A stretch of DNA of 43,157 nt from the sequence record SRR20825006_2093. The stretch is one strand, 5' to 3'. Shown piece after piece: positions 29,962 to 40,023 of this stretch. A program made the translations under genes and the position numbers. The notes under the pieces are model-generated. The model did not search any database. It saw nothing but the letters and a program-made list of their open reading frames with translations, and was not told the origin of the DNA. Position 1 is the stretch's first letter. Every line of letters starts with the position of its first letter.

Positions 29962-31344
29962 TTACGGAGAGGGTGGATTGGTCAGCGAGCCGGTGCCTGC
30001 CATGAGCTGGGCGCCCTGGGCTGTGCGGATCGCGTCGATCTCGGCCTTGCGGGCTTCGAATTCGGCAAGCATGTCCGGCGTCTCAGCCAGCTTGCGGCCG
30101 GTCGGCAGTTTCAGGCGCATCGCGTTGACTGGCTTGCCCTTGATGTAGACTTCGTAGTGCAGGTGCGGTCCGGTTGAGGCACCGGTCGAGCCGACATAGC
30201 CAATCACGTCGCCTTGGCGGACCCGCTTGCCAGCGCGCACGCCTGGTCCGTAGCGGGACATGTGGGCGTAGGCGGTCTTGTAATTATTGGCGTGCTTGAT
30301 GCGGACATAATTGCCATAGCCGCCATAGCGGCTGGCGCGCTCGACCGTGCCATTGCCCGCTGCATAGATCGGCGTGCCGGACGGTGCGGCGAAATCAGTG
30401 CCCTTGTGCAGGCGCGTATAGCCAGAGATCGGATGGCGCCGATTGCCGAAGGAGGATGACAGACGCGCGCCATTGATCGGAGTCTTCATCAGGAATTTCG
30501 TGGCGCTTTCGCCATTCTCGTCGAAATAGTCAGCTACGCCGTCATCGCTGGGTGTGAAGCGATAGAAGCCGCGTGTCAGGGCCCGGCCATTCAGCTTGGC
30601 GAACACCAGATCGCCATTCTTGACCGGTGTGCCACGTTCATCGACCTGGGTCTCGTAGACCATTTCGAAGGTATCGCCCGGATGGATCTCGCGCTGGAAA
30701 TCCACGTCATAGGCAAACGCGCTGGCAAAATCGACAACCTGCTGGTCGCCGGCGCCCAGCTTGCGGGCGGCTTCATAGATTGAGGTTTCAATTGGGGCTG
30801 CAACGCGGTGATAAGTTGGGTTGAGGCGGGCTTTCAGCTCGCTGGCTGTCCAGCCGCTCTCGGCTGAGCGCGTGATGAAAAGATTGCGTTCGGCGTCCGC
30901 CTTGATGTTGAGCGCGGTCAGTTGACCATTGGTAATGAAGGCTTCGGCCTTGACCCCGGGGCGAAGGCGCCGCGGATCGAGGAATTCCTTCTCGTAAATC
31001 GTGTGCAGCGCAGCGGCAGCATCGGATGGCTCGGCCCCAAGGCGCGTAACGAGTTCCGTCAGCGTTTCGCGGCTTTTCAGCGTGCCGCTTACGCGGTTTG
31101 GAATGCCAAGGCCGGGCTCGAATTCGGTTGCAGACAAGAGTGTTGTGGCGAGGGGCGGCGGGGCCGGCGATGCATGGGCGGCGCCCATTCCGACCGGCTC
31201 ATTGGATGGACCGACCGTTACAAGGCCCAGAATGGCCGAAACCGATCCCAACAGACCCAATACGACCAGACTCTTCACGCCATGCGAGACCGTTCGGCCC
31301 GGCTCGGCAGTGTTTGTTTCGACTGTTTTCACGTCATGCACCAT
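29962..31344 (-). CDS. M23 (LytM) family murein endopeptidase, MepM-like
   Basis: N-terminal TM, VDFQREI, HKGTD (HxxxD), YAHM and STGPHLHYE (HxH). Start placed at MVHD (31344) after GAGGGAG. Confidence 0.93.
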   Translation of the reverse strand: MVHDVKTVETNTAEPGRTVSHGVKSLVVLGLLGSVSAILGLVTVGPSNEPVGMGAAHASPAPPPLATTLLSATEFEPGLGIPNRVSGTLKSRETLTELVTRLGAEPSDAAAALHTIYEKEFLDPRRLRPGVKAEAFITNGQLTALNIKADAERNLFITRSAESGWTASELKARLNPTYHRVAAPIETSIYEAARKLGAGDQQVVDFASAFAYDVDFQREIHPGDTFEMVYETQVDERGTPVKNGDLVFAKLNGRALTRGFYRFTPSDDGVADYFDENGESATKFLMKTPINGARLSSSFGNRRHPISGYTRLHKGTDFAAPSGTPIYAAGNGTVERASRYGGYGNYVRIKHANNYKTAYAHMSRYGPGVRAGKRVRQGDVIGYVGSTGASTGPHLHYEVYIKGKPVNAMRLKLPTGRKLAETPDMLAEFEARKAEIDAIRTAQGAQLMAGTGSLTNPPSP

Positions 31345-31523
31345 GGCGCGATCTCCCTCACTCCAGTGCCACCCAGCACCTCTGTCTCTCAAGACTGTGA
31401 ATGTCAGAAGGACCTTTTATACCGTTTACACGTTAAGAAACGACATTCTTGCTCAATTTGGCCTTCTTGCTTTCCTACAAATCCTAGTAGCCAATCAAAG
31501 CAAGAAGCAAGCCGGAACCGTCA

Positions 31524-34500
31524 GTGAATACGCCACATTACAAAGATTTAGAGGTTGAAGGCTCGAAGGCGGGCACGCGCCGCCTGAATTGGGGGCGTTG
31601 GCTGCTGGTCGCGATCCTGACCCTGATCCTGCTTTTTGGTGCACTCGGCTGGCTCGGTCGCAAATACATTGCCCAACAGGCATTGGCGCAGTGGTGCCAT
31701 GACCAGTCCCTGACTTGCGAGGCCGATTTCAAGCGCCTTGGGCCTGGTGGTGCGGTGATTACCGGGGTGCGCATCAAATCCGGCGACGAGACGCCCTTCG
31801 TGGCAGACGAAGTAACTGCAGACATATCCTGGAAGGGGCTGGTGCCGTCTCTCGGTGCCGTATCGGTTATTGCGCCGGAATTGCACGGCACGTTGGATGA
31901 TCGTGGTATTCGCTTTCATGGGCTTGAAAATCTGGGCGGGTCTGGCGGGGACAGTGGCAGCCCGCTGCCTCCAGTGAAGATTACCAAGGGCCGCGTCTTG
32001 CTGGCCACAAGCGCCGGCGACATCGGGGCATCGGTCGATCTGGAAGGCGAATTTCCCGAATCCGGCACATTGCAGATGGTACTCGACCCGGTGTCCCTGT
32101 CCGGTCCGGACGGCACGCTGGTCTGGTCGGAGGGGCGAGTCGATGTCACCGCCAGCGACGGCCAGCTGGTAGGCGAGGCGTTTCTGGATCTTGCCGAGGC
32201 CGATATACGCGGCGTTCAGGCGCGAAACGTTCAACTCGACGCGTTGCTGAATTCCCCCCTAGACGGAGCCGGTGACACACAAATTGTCTGGGACGGACAT
32301 GTCGCCAGCGCCTCCTGGAGCGGATATGAAATTTCCAATGCATCGAGTAGGGGGCGTGCCATTTTGGATCGTCTGCCATCCTTTGAGATCGACTCGATTT
32401 TGAATGCGCTGGTTGAGGCCTCTGCCGAGACAGATGCGTCGAAAGTTTCCGGCAGCGCATTTGCCGGTCGCGACATGCAATTGGAGTTCGATCTTGCGGG
32501 CGAAGCGGGGCACGTCATCGGCCCTGTACTGGCTTCTGCAAGCGACCTGGACGTTCCTCAGGGCCGCACGCAACGTGCGTCGATCCGGGCAAACTTGGAC
32601 AGGACGGTCGCGGACGGCATCGGCTTCAAGGCCGATGTATCGACATCCGGGACATCGTTGACTGCCGCGACAACCGACCAGTTGCTCGACTTGGTCAATC
32701 TGCCCGACATGTTCGCGGCCCATGAGGCTAGTCTCACGAGCGCGCTGCGTCGAGCGCTAACGGCCTTCAATGCGTCGGTTACGGTCGAGGCTCAGCACAA
32801 GGCGGACGGATGGGCCATTTCGGCGGATGGGCCGGCGCAGCTCAACGCACAATCAGGGCTGGCGGCAGACATCTTGCCTGGCGCTAACGGAAAATGGCTC
32901 TCTTGGATGGGCCGTGATCGATCGGTAGCAGGTCAGCTCTCTTTGAAAGGCGGCGGTTTGCCAGCCCTTACGGCAGACCTTCAGGTCCAGATGTCCGAAA
33001 TGGGCCTGTCGCATTTCAACGCGACGGATCTGAAACTGTCCTCCTGGTCGGCAGGTGGCAGGACTCTCTCAGCCGATTTGAAACGGATTGACTATCAACG
33101 CGTCGGCGAAGGGGAGATGGCGCTTGAGACATCTGGCAAGATCGGCGTCGCGGGTAATGTGTCCGGCTTTGATCTCGACTCTTCCAGCCTGTCCGGTCAG
33201 TTGCTGGTGTCGTCCGACAAGGCGGGGTGGCGGATATCCACTCCGGATCGGTCCTGCCTGTCACTGGACAGCCAGGGCTTGCGGTTCGGATCGGTCAGCC
33301 TCGGCGCTTTCCGCACGCCGATATGCCCGGAAGGGAAAGACTTCATCTCGCCGGGGGCCGGATTTGCTGGGGCCACAAAACTCGGAGACTTGGTGGTTCC
33401 GGTCGCTTTCTCATCGAATGCCGGGACGGTCAGCTTCACAAATGCACAGATTGACTGGACGGGCGGAAAGACTGCGAGCGTCTCGGCGGTGTCAGACTCT
33501 GTCTCATTGGCCCTTGGCATCGGTGAGGAGACGCTCAGCATTGATGGCGACCGACTGAGGCTAGGCATTGCCACCCGTCTGAACGCCGCGCCCGCTCTGT
33601 CGGCGCGACTGGGGGCAACCAAGTTCAACGGAACGCTTGTGCCCGCCAATGTCAGCTCCAGTGATTTCCGCTTCGAAGGCACAACGGGCGAGGGTGGTGT
33701 GAAGGGGAGTATGAGCGCCGACGGTGTGATTATCCGCGACTATCGCGATGACCCCCTCTACCAGCCGCTCACAGCAGACCTGGACGCAACTCTGAGCGGT
33801 GCCGATTTCAGCATGTCCGGGCCTTTGCGGCTTGCGTCAAACGGCATCACCGTTGCGGACACACTGCTTCGCCTCGACGTGACGAAGCTGAGTGGCATGG
33901 CGGCGCTGGAGAGCCGTGACCTGCAATTCGAGCCCGGTGCCCTGCAGCCTTGGCGCCTGTCAGACCGTTTGCGGGGCGTTTTCACGGATGCGCGCGGCGG
34001 TCTTGCTGCGGCGGCGCGGTTTGACATTGTTGGAGGCAAGATCGAAGGGACAGGGGAAGTCTCGGTTTCCGAATTCGGTTTTCAGACGACACGGCTTGGC
34101 CGGGTGCAGGGGGTCAACGGCACCGTCGCCTTTCGCGAATTGCTGGCCCTGACCACCGAGCCAGGACAGACCATCCTCGTCGAGCGTCTCAACCCCGGCG
34201 TACCGCTGGAGAATGGCCAAATCACGTTTCAGCTGGTCGAGGGTACGCAGTTCAAAGTCGAGTCGGCTGCGTTCCCCTTCGCTGGGGGGACACTGGCATT
34301 GCCGCCCTTTGTCTGGTCGCTTGGCGGCGAGCAACAGAACATTGAAGTTACGGCAGAAGCAATCGAACTCGCGAAACTGGTCGAGGTTTTGAAACTGCCC
34401 GACACACGAGCGACCGGCACTGTGTCCGGCAGCTTTCCAATCGACATTGACGGCACAGATATTCTGGTCCGCGATGCTCGGTTGAGAGCCGATGCGGATG

Positions 34501-34859
34501 GGGGCTATATCTCCTATCTGGGCACGGCTGCGGACTCTGCTGGCGCAGCAGACGAAAACGCAAAAATGGCCTTTGAAGCGCTGAAGGATTTCGATTTCAC
34601 GGTTCTTGAGCTTGGCCTTGACGGCAACGTCCGCGATCGGATGACCATTTCTCTCATTCTGGAGGGCAAGAGCCGGAAGGGGATCGCGTATGGTGACGGA
34701 AATCAGGTGCTGACGGGGCAACCCTTCCTGTTCAACATCACGGTTAACTCGGCACTCGGCGAACTCTTGCGCAACACTCAATACTATACGAGCCAGAAGG
34801 GGCTGACCAACGCCGTTGTCGAGCAGGTGAAAGCAAAACGACTGGATGAATCTGAATAG
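31524..34859 (+). CDS. ydbH: YdbH-family AsmA-like intermembrane lipid transport protein
   Basis: 1111 aa, N-terminal TM, beta-rich body and C-terminal YdbH-like motifs (NPGVPLENG, FAGG, ATGTVSG.FP, AFEAL.DF.F..L). Followed by ynbE- and ydbL-like genes. Confidence 0.85.
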   Translation: MNTPHYKDLEVEGSKAGTRRLNWGRWLLVAILTLILLFGALGWLGRKYIAQQALAQWCHDQSLTCEADFKRLGPGGAVITGVRIKSGDETPFVADEVTADISWKGLVPSLGAVSVIAPELHGTLDDRGIRFHGLENLGGSGGDSGSPLPPVKITKGRVLLATSAGDIGASVDLEGEFPESGTLQMVLDPVSLSGPDGTLVWSEGRVDVTASDGQLVGEAFLDLAEADIRGVQARNVQLDALLNSPLDGAGDTQIVWDGHVASASWSGYEISNASSRGRAILDRLPSFEIDSILNALVEASAETDASKVSGSAFAGRDMQLEFDLAGEAGHVIGPVLASASDLDVPQGRTQRASIRANLDRTVADGIGFKADVSTSGTSLTAATTDQLLDLVNLPDMFAAHEASLTSALRRALTAFNASVTVEAQHKADGWAISADGPAQLNAQSGLAADILPGANGKWLSWMGRDRSVAGQLSLKGGGLPALTADLQVQMSEMGLSHFNATDLKLSSWSAGGRTLSADLKRIDYQRVGEGEMALETSGKIGVAGNVSGFDLDSSSLSGQLLVSSDKAGWRISTPDRSCLSLDSQGLRFGSVSLGAFRTPICPEGKDFISPGAGFAGATKLGDLVVPVAFSSNAGTVSFTNAQIDWTGGKTASVSAVSDSVSLALGIGEETLSIDGDRLRLGIATRLNAAPALSARLGATKFNGTLVPANVSSSDFRFEGTTGEGGVKGSMSADGVIIRDYRDDPLYQPLTADLDATLSGADFSMSGPLRLASNGITVADTLLRLDVTKLSGMAALESRDLQFEPGALQPWRLSDRLRGVFTDARGGLAAAARFDIVGGKIEGTGEVSVSEFGFQTTRLGRVQGVNGTVAFRELLALTTEPGQTILVERLNPGVPLENGQITFQLVEGTQFKVESAAFPFAGGTLALPPFVWSLGGEQQNIEVTAEAIELAKLVEVLKLPDTRATGTVSGSFPIDIDGTDILVRDARLRADADGGYISYLGTAADSAGAADENAKMAFEALKDFDFTVLELGLDGNVRDRMTISLILEGKSRKGIAYGDGNQVLTGQPFLFNITVNSALGELLRNTQYYTSQKGLTNAVVEQVKAKRLDESE

Positions 34860-34935
34860 GACACAACCGCCAACTTCATTGACGTTAAGGTGGCGTGTGT
34901 CATGTTCCCCATTGAACCCTGAGGAGCGAATCCTG

Positions 34936-35127
34936 ATGAATTATTCCAAAGCCTTGCTGGCTGGCGCGGGCATTGCGGCACTGGTCGCCTGCACGCCGAC
35001 CGTCCGCATCGAACCGTCCGACAAGCCGATCAAGATCGACTTGAATGTCAATATTACCCAGGAAGTCCGCGTGATCCTCGACAAGGAAGTCGAAGACCTG
35101 ATCGCGGACAATCCAGACTTGTTCTAA
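34936..35127 (+). CDS. ynbE: YnbE family lipoprotein
   Basis: Lipobox LVAC, then TPTVRIE..DKPI.I.LNV.I..EVRV..DKEVEDLI...PDLF. SD GAGGAG. Confidence 0.92.
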   Translation: MNYSKALLAGAGIAALVACTPTVRIEPSDKPIKIDLNVNITQEVRVILDKEVEDLIADNPDLF

Positions 35128-35149
35128 ACTCGCGAAATCTGGAGACGAG

Positions 35150-35500
35150 ATGATGAAATCCCTTCGCACCTTTTTCGCTGCCCTGGCCTTGGCCTTCGGC
35201 CTTGCCGCGATGTCGCCAGCCGCCTTTGCGGGTGATCCCGCCATTGATGCTGCCATTGAGGCAGGTGAGGTCGGCGAACGCATTGACGGTCGCCTTGGCG
35301 TTATCGGGTCGGCTGACCCGTCGCTCATTCGCAAGGTTCAGGAGATCAACAACAAGCGCGCCGCCAAATATGCGGAAGTCGCTGCTGAAACCGGCACGAC
35401 GGTCGCTGAAGTCGCCCGCATCACCGGCGAAAAGCAGATTTCCAAACTGCGCCCTGGCCAATGGTACATGGATGCCAGCGGCAGCTGGAAGCAGAAATAG
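35150..35500 (+). CDS. ydbL: YdbL (DUF1318) family periplasmic protein
   Basis: Signal peptide (AFA), G.VGE..DG.LG, V..IN.KR...Y and G.W....G.W. Confidence 0.9.
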   Translation: MMKSLRTFFAALALAFGLAAMSPAAFAGDPAIDAAIEAGEVGERIDGRLGVIGSADPSLIRKVQEINNKRAAKYAEVAAETGTTVAEVARITGEKQISKLRPGQWYMDASGSWKQK

Positions 35501-35536
35501 CTTGTTTCCAGCGCCGTCAGGCGTAGGTGATCAGAC

Positions 35537-35797
35537 ATGTCACGCAAGCTGATCTTCTGGATTGTAGCCAGTTTCGTGCTCCTGGGGCTGATGCTCTGGG
35601 GCATTTCGCTATTCTGGGAAAGCAATGCTGACGGGCTTTCAGGGCATGGCTGGATCGCCTATGTCCTGGGCGGCGTCATGACGCTTGGCCTGTCGATTGG
35701 CCTGTTTCTGCTCACCTTCCACAGTGCGCGCCACGGCTATGACGATATCGACCGTCCGGAAGATGCAACTGAGCAGAATGTTGAATATCGCCAATAG
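35537..35797 (+). CDS. small hypothetical membrane protein (2 TM)
   Basis: 86 aa with two hydrophobic helices, a GHGWIA loop and a C-terminal L.F.S.R.GYDD motif. SD AGGTGA. Confidence 0.75.
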   Translation: MSRKLIFWIVASFVLLGLMLWGISLFWESNADGLSGHGWIAYVLGGVMTLGLSIGLFLLTFHSARHGYDDIDRPEDATEQNVEYRQ

Positions 35798-35879
35798 TTC
35801 ATACAGCCTTGATTGACACGCCGGGCGGCTCACACAATCCTGCGCAAAATCTGAACTCTAGAACGGGGCTCCACTACCC

Positions 35880-36521
35880 ATGATCGATCCTGCACGCCTA
35901 TCCGCGTACATCGCATCACGCATCTGCCACGACCTTGTTTCGCCCGTATCTTCGGTCACGAATGCGCTCGATCTGTTGAACGATCCGGGTGACATGGAAA
36001 TGAAGGCGCAGGCCCAGGACCTGCTGCATGATGGAGCCGAGAAGGCGGGCGCTCGGATTCAGTTTCTGCGCTACGCCTTTGGGTCGATCGGCTTGAATGC
36101 GGGCGCGGCCGACATTCATGAAGCGCGCAAGATCACCGAGAACTTCGTGGCCAGCCACCGGCCGAGTATCGAATTCGATATCCAGACCGACCATTTGAGC
36201 TTCTCGCATGTTCGGATGATGATGAACCTCGTAATGATGGGCATTGACTGTCTGCCGCGCGGCGGCGTGATTCATGTGCGCATTCGCAATGAGCAAGTGG
36301 GCCTGACGATCACTCTGACCTGCAAGGGCAATCGGGCGCGCCTGCGCCCTGACATCGCCAATGGTATCAAGGGAATCGAACCAGAGGATGGCTGGCGTCC
36401 GGAAACCATTCAGCCCTTGTTCTCGAAGATCATCTGTGACGGTCTCGGCGGCGAGTTGACCGCCAGCGAAAGCGAAGAGACGGTCATCATCATGGCGGCG
36501 GGCATTCGCGCAGAGGGATAG
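35880..36521 (+). CDS. chpT: histidine phosphotransferase ChpT
   Basis: SRICHDLVSPV H-box, FLRYAFG and a degenerate ATPase-like domain (LPRGG). 213 aa. Confidence 0.92.
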   Translation: MIDPARLSAYIASRICHDLVSPVSSVTNALDLLNDPGDMEMKAQAQDLLHDGAEKAGARIQFLRYAFGSIGLNAGAADIHEARKITENFVASHRPSIEFDIQTDHLSFSHVRMMMNLVMMGIDCLPRGGVIHVRIRNEQVGLTITLTCKGNRARLRPDIANGIKGIEPEDGWRPETIQPLFSKIICDGLGGELTASESEETVIIMAAGIRAEG

Positions 36522-36608
36522 TGCTGGCCCGAAATTTACACTTTGGCAGGACTTTCTTAACCGGGGTCGGCCAGATTCGAGTCCGAACCGCTGCGCACAG
36601 GATACATC

Positions 36609-36974
36609 ATGAAAACCTGTCTGATCGTTGATGACTCCCGCGTTGTCCGGAAAGTGGCGGCGCGCATTGTGCGCGACCTGAAGTTTGACGTGCTGGAAGC
36701 CGGCGATGGGGCAGACGCCATGCGCCAGTGTCGCCAGAAAATGCCCGATGCCATCCTGCTTGACTGGAATATGCCAGTCATGAACGGCTTGGACTTCCTG
36801 CGGGCCTTGCGCCGCGAAGAAGGCGGCAAACATCCGCTTGTCGTGTTCTGCTCCATTGAGAATGATGCTGAACACATAAATGAAGCGTTGAGTTCAGGCG
36901 CTGACGAGTTCATCATGAAGCCATTCGACGCCGATATTCTGGAAAGCAAATTCGCGGAAGTCGGCCTGGTCTGA
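36609..36974 (+). CDS. cheY: single-domain CheY-like response regulator
   Basis: MKTCLIVDDS, LLDWNMPVMNG and FIMKPFD. 121 aa. Confidence 0.88.
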   Translation: MKTCLIVDDSRVVRKVAARIVRDLKFDVLEAGDGADAMRQCRQKMPDAILLDWNMPVMNGLDFLRALRREEGGKHPLVVFCSIENDAEHINEALSSGADEFIMKPFDADILESKFAEVGLV

Positions 36975-36986
36975 AGCATTTCTTAA
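36972..36986. promoter_or_regulatory. near-consensus CtrA box upstream of cheR
   Basis: TGAA-GCATTTC-TTAA, one mismatch to TTAA-N7-TTAA. Confidence 0.45.
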
Positions 36987-37042
36987 TAAACCGAGCCCTA
37001 TGGGTAAGGTTTATGGGCAGAATGTCCGATTCGGAGTGTTAG

Positions 37043-37885
37043 ATGCAGGAAGAGGTCTTCAACGAGTTGGCTGAGCTGGCGCTGAAAGGCTCCGGTCAGG
37101 CGATTCCGAAATCCAAATCCTATCTGATTGAAGCCCGGCTTGCGGCGATCGCCCGCCGCGAGGGCTTTGGCACTATGGCGGATCTCGTCCACTGCCTGAA
37201 ATCGCGCGCCAATCCGGTCTTCGCGGCCGAAGTCGCATCCGCGTTGGTGTCCAAGGACACCTGCTTCTTCCGGGACCGCGACGCGCTAAAACGTGTTGTC
37301 GACGACGTACTGCCGAAACGGCTGAAGGCGTCCAATACGGGCCGTCTGAAAGTCTGGTGCGCCGGCGGCAGCACGGGCCAGGAAGCCTATTCCCTGGCGA
37401 TCCTGCTGGAAGACGAATTGCCTGCCAGCCTGCGCGGCGCAAAGATCGATATTCTTTCGACTGATATCTGCAAGGTCTCCACCGAGACCGCTCGCGTGGC
37501 GCGCTATGGGCACTACGAGGTTCAGAAGGGGCTGTCGATCCACCGACTCGTCAAGCACTTCACCCGTCTCGAAACCGGCCAGTGGGAAGCGTCTGAAGCC
37601 TTGCGTTCGCGCGTGAGCTTTCGCCAGCACAATCTGCTCGAGCGGGCAGACGGGCTCGGAAACTTCGATGTTATCCTCTGTCGGAATGTATTGTCCGAAA
37701 TGGCGCGCGCGTCCCGTACCAAGGTGATTGAAAGCGTCTCGAAACAAATGATGCCCGGCGGCATGATTCTGCTCGGTGGTGGCGAAAGTGTCATCGGCCT
37801 GACCGACAAGCTGGAGCCGGCTCGCCACTTCCGGGGCGGTTGGGTTGCTGCCGGAACGGCCAACGCTGAAGCATCTGCAGCCTGA
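37043..37885 (+). CDS. cheR: CheR-type protein-glutamate O-methyltransferase
   Basis: K.YLIEARL, T.FFRD, KVWCAG.STGQEAYSLA, TDI, F..HNLL, FDVILCRNVL and LG.GES. Confidence 0.92.
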   Translation: MQEEVFNELAELALKGSGQAIPKSKSYLIEARLAAIARREGFGTMADLVHCLKSRANPVFAAEVASALVSKDTCFFRDRDALKRVVDDVLPKRLKASNTGRLKVWCAGGSTGQEAYSLAILLEDELPASLRGAKIDILSTDICKVSTETARVARYGHYEVQKGLSIHRLVKHFTRLETGQWEASEALRSRVSFRQHNLLERADGLGNFDVILCRNVLSEMARASRTKVIESVSKQMMPGGMILLGGGESVIGLTDKLEPARHFRGGWVAAGTANAEASAA

Positions 37886-37968
37886 CCCCCTCGCAATTTG
37901 GCGCGTCTCGCGCTATATGCGCCCATTCCTGAAACTGCTCCGGGCCTTTAACCCGGTTGGAGTGAGAC

Positions 37969-39153
37969 ATGACTTATGAATTGCCGCCGGCCTGGGATGG
38001 CCGTGTGAACTCTCTTGGATTTGCCAAACCGCCTGCGGAAACGCGCGTCGTCGCTGCCATGTCGGGCGGAGTCGACAGCTCTGTCGTGGCCGCCATGCTG
38101 AAGGCGCAGGGCTACGACGTGATCGGCATCACGCTACAGCTTTACGATCATGGCGCTGCCATCGAGAAGAAGGGCGCCTGCTGCGCCGGGCAGGACATCC
38201 ATGATGCCCGCAACGTATCCGACCAGATCGGCATTCCGCACTATGTACTCGACTACGAGTCCAAGTTCCGCGAGCAGGTGATGGAAGACTTCGCCGATAC
38301 CTATCTGGCCGGTTCGACACCGATTCCGTGCATTCGCTGTAACCAGACGGTCAAGTTTTCGGACCTGTTGAAAACCGCCCGTGATCTTGGGGCAGATTGT
38401 CTTGCCACAGGGCATTACATCCGCCGCACGGATGGTGACGATGGGCCGGAGCTTCACCGTGCCGCGGATGCGAGCCGTGATCAGTCTTACTTCCTGTTCG
38501 CAACGACGGCAGAGCAGCTGGACTATCTGCGCTTTCCGCTCGGCGACCTGCCGAAGACGCAGGTGCGCGAACTGGCTGATCAGTTCAATCTGCCGGTGGC
38601 TTCCAAGCCGGACAGTCAGGACATCTGTTTCGTGCCGGAAGGCTCCTATGCCACGGTTGTGGAAAAGTTGCGTCCGGGTGCCGGACGGGGCGGAGACATT
38701 GAACATCTTGATGGTCGCGTGCTCGGTCAGCACAATGGCGTGATCCACTACACGATCGGCCAGCGCCGGGGGCTTGGGGTTGCGACGGGTGACCCGCTCT
38801 ATGTGGTCAAGATTGACGCGCCCAACCGCCGGGTCATTGTCGGCCCGCGTGAAGCCTTGATGACGTCCGGCCTGTTGCTGGAAGAACTCAATTGGCTGGG
38901 CGAAGGATCGCTCCAGGCGGCTGCTGATGCAGGGGTGCCCGTGCTCGTCCGTGTGCGGTCCACGCGGCCGCCCGTGCCGGCCCGTTTGGGGTGGAGTGAT
39001 GGCGTTCCCGTGATCTGGTTCGATGATCCGGAAGAGGGTGTCGCGCGTGGCCAGGCTGCCGTGCTCTACGACGCAGAAGGCAGCACGCGTATTCTGGGCG
39101 GCGGCTTTATTCTGAAGCCGATCCCGGCCGATGAGCGGGTTGTTGCTGCCTAG
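37969..39153 (+). CDS. mnmA: tRNA-specific 2-thiouridylase
   Basis: [10 protein letters not shown]-loop, [35 protein letters not shown] and GQAAV.Y. Confidence 0.98.
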   Translation: MTYELPPAWDGRVNSLGFAKPPAETRVVAAMSGGVDSSVVAAMLKAQGYDVIGITLQLYDHGAAIEKKGACCAGQDIHDARNVSDQIGIPHYVLDYESKFREQVMEDFADTYLAGSTPIPCIRCNQTVKFSDLLKTARDLGADCLATGHYIRRTDGDDGPELHRAADASRDQSYFLFATTAEQLDYLRFPLGDLPKTQVRELADQFNLPVASKPDSQDICFVPEGSYATVVEKLRPGAGRGGDIEHLDGRVLGQHNGVIHYTIGQRRGLGVATGDPLYVVKIDAPNRRVIVGPREALMTSGLLLEELNWLGEGSLQAAADAGVPVLVRVRSTRPPVPARLGWSDGVPVIWFDDPEEGVARGQAAVLYDAEGSTRILGGGFILKPIPADERVVAA

Positions 39154-39992
39154 CGGGGCTTTCGGGCGCCGGTCACTGACAGCCCAATACCACCGAGTAC
39201 AATCAGCGCGGCAATTGCAAAGCGTAGTGTCAGATCCTCGCCGAGCATCGCGATGCCGCCAAGCGCGGCGAGGATCGGGACGCTGAGTTGTGCGATGGCC
39301 GCGGTGGCTGAGGTGATACGGGGCAGGATAGCGTACCAGAGTGCATAACCGAGCCCAGACGTAACAATGCCTGACAGGCAGGCCAGCAAGACACCTACTG
39401 GGGTCAACTCTGGCCCGATGGCGAAGAGACCTAGCAGGCTGAGCGGAGCTGCCAGCGCGAAGTTTGCTGCGGTATCCTCGGTGGCATTTTGTGCACCGCG
39501 ACCGAGGAGTGAATAGATTCCCCAACCGAGCGCCGCGATGCCCATCAACGCCGCGCCCATTGGGTCGACCGGAGCGGCTTCAGTCGGCCAAAGAAACCAG
39601 GCCAGGCCACCTGCCGCCACGAGTGCACCGATCCATTTCAGGGCCGGGACGTGCTCTCTGGCCAGCAGGGCGCCAGCGAACATGGTGATTTGCACACCGC
39701 CGAACAGGACCAGCGCCCCGACGCCCGTATCGAGCGACAAGTACGCAAACGAGAAACCGAGCATGTAAGCGAGCAAGGCGGCGACGCTGACCCCCCGCTT
39801 TGTAGACAAGAGAGCCGGACGTGTCGAAGACTGTGCGAGCACGATCAGGCCGAGAATGATCGCGCCGCTGAACAGGCGGATCACTGCGAAGCTTGCTGGA
39901 TCAATCAACTCGCCCGCGAGTGCCAGCCGGTTGAGCACCGAATTGGCAGCGAAGGCGAGCATGGCGAGCAGGGTGAGTGCGAACAGCTTCAT
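39150..39992 (-). CDS. DMT/EamA family transporter
   Basis: Start placed at [18 protein letters not shown] (39992). About 10 TM. SFAY..L.TG.GAL.LFG.VQ and SG..TSGLGY.LWY. Confidence 0.9.
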   Translation of the reverse strand: MKLFALTLLAMLAFAANSVLNRLALAGELIDPASFAVIRLFSGAIILGLIVLAQSSTRPALLSTKRGVSVAALLAYMLGFSFAYLSLDTGVGALVLFGGVQITMFAGALLAREHVPALKWIGALVAAGGLAWFLWPTEAAPVDPMGAALMGIAALGWGIYSLLGRGAQNATEDTAANFALAAPLSLLGLFAIGPELTPVGVLLACLSGIVTSGLGYALWYAILPRITSATAAIAQLSVPILAALGGIAMLGEDLTLRFAIAALIVLGGIGLSVTGARKPR

Positions 39993-40023
39993 GCTGCACC
40001 GCTCCGCCACTGTCGACAAAGTA

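Noticed and set aside
37937..37963. Hairpin possibly occluding the mnmA SD (CCGGG/CCCGG; GCTCC/GGAGT)
   Set aside because: Stems of 5 bp in GC-rich DNA are not distinguishable from chance.
38134..39525. 463-aa minus-strand ORF and similar long antisense ORFs (e.g. 13345-14436, 26165-27208, 35916-36875)
   Set aside because: They overlap well-supported genes and have no recognisable motifs. Such ORFs are expected from GC-rich codon bias.
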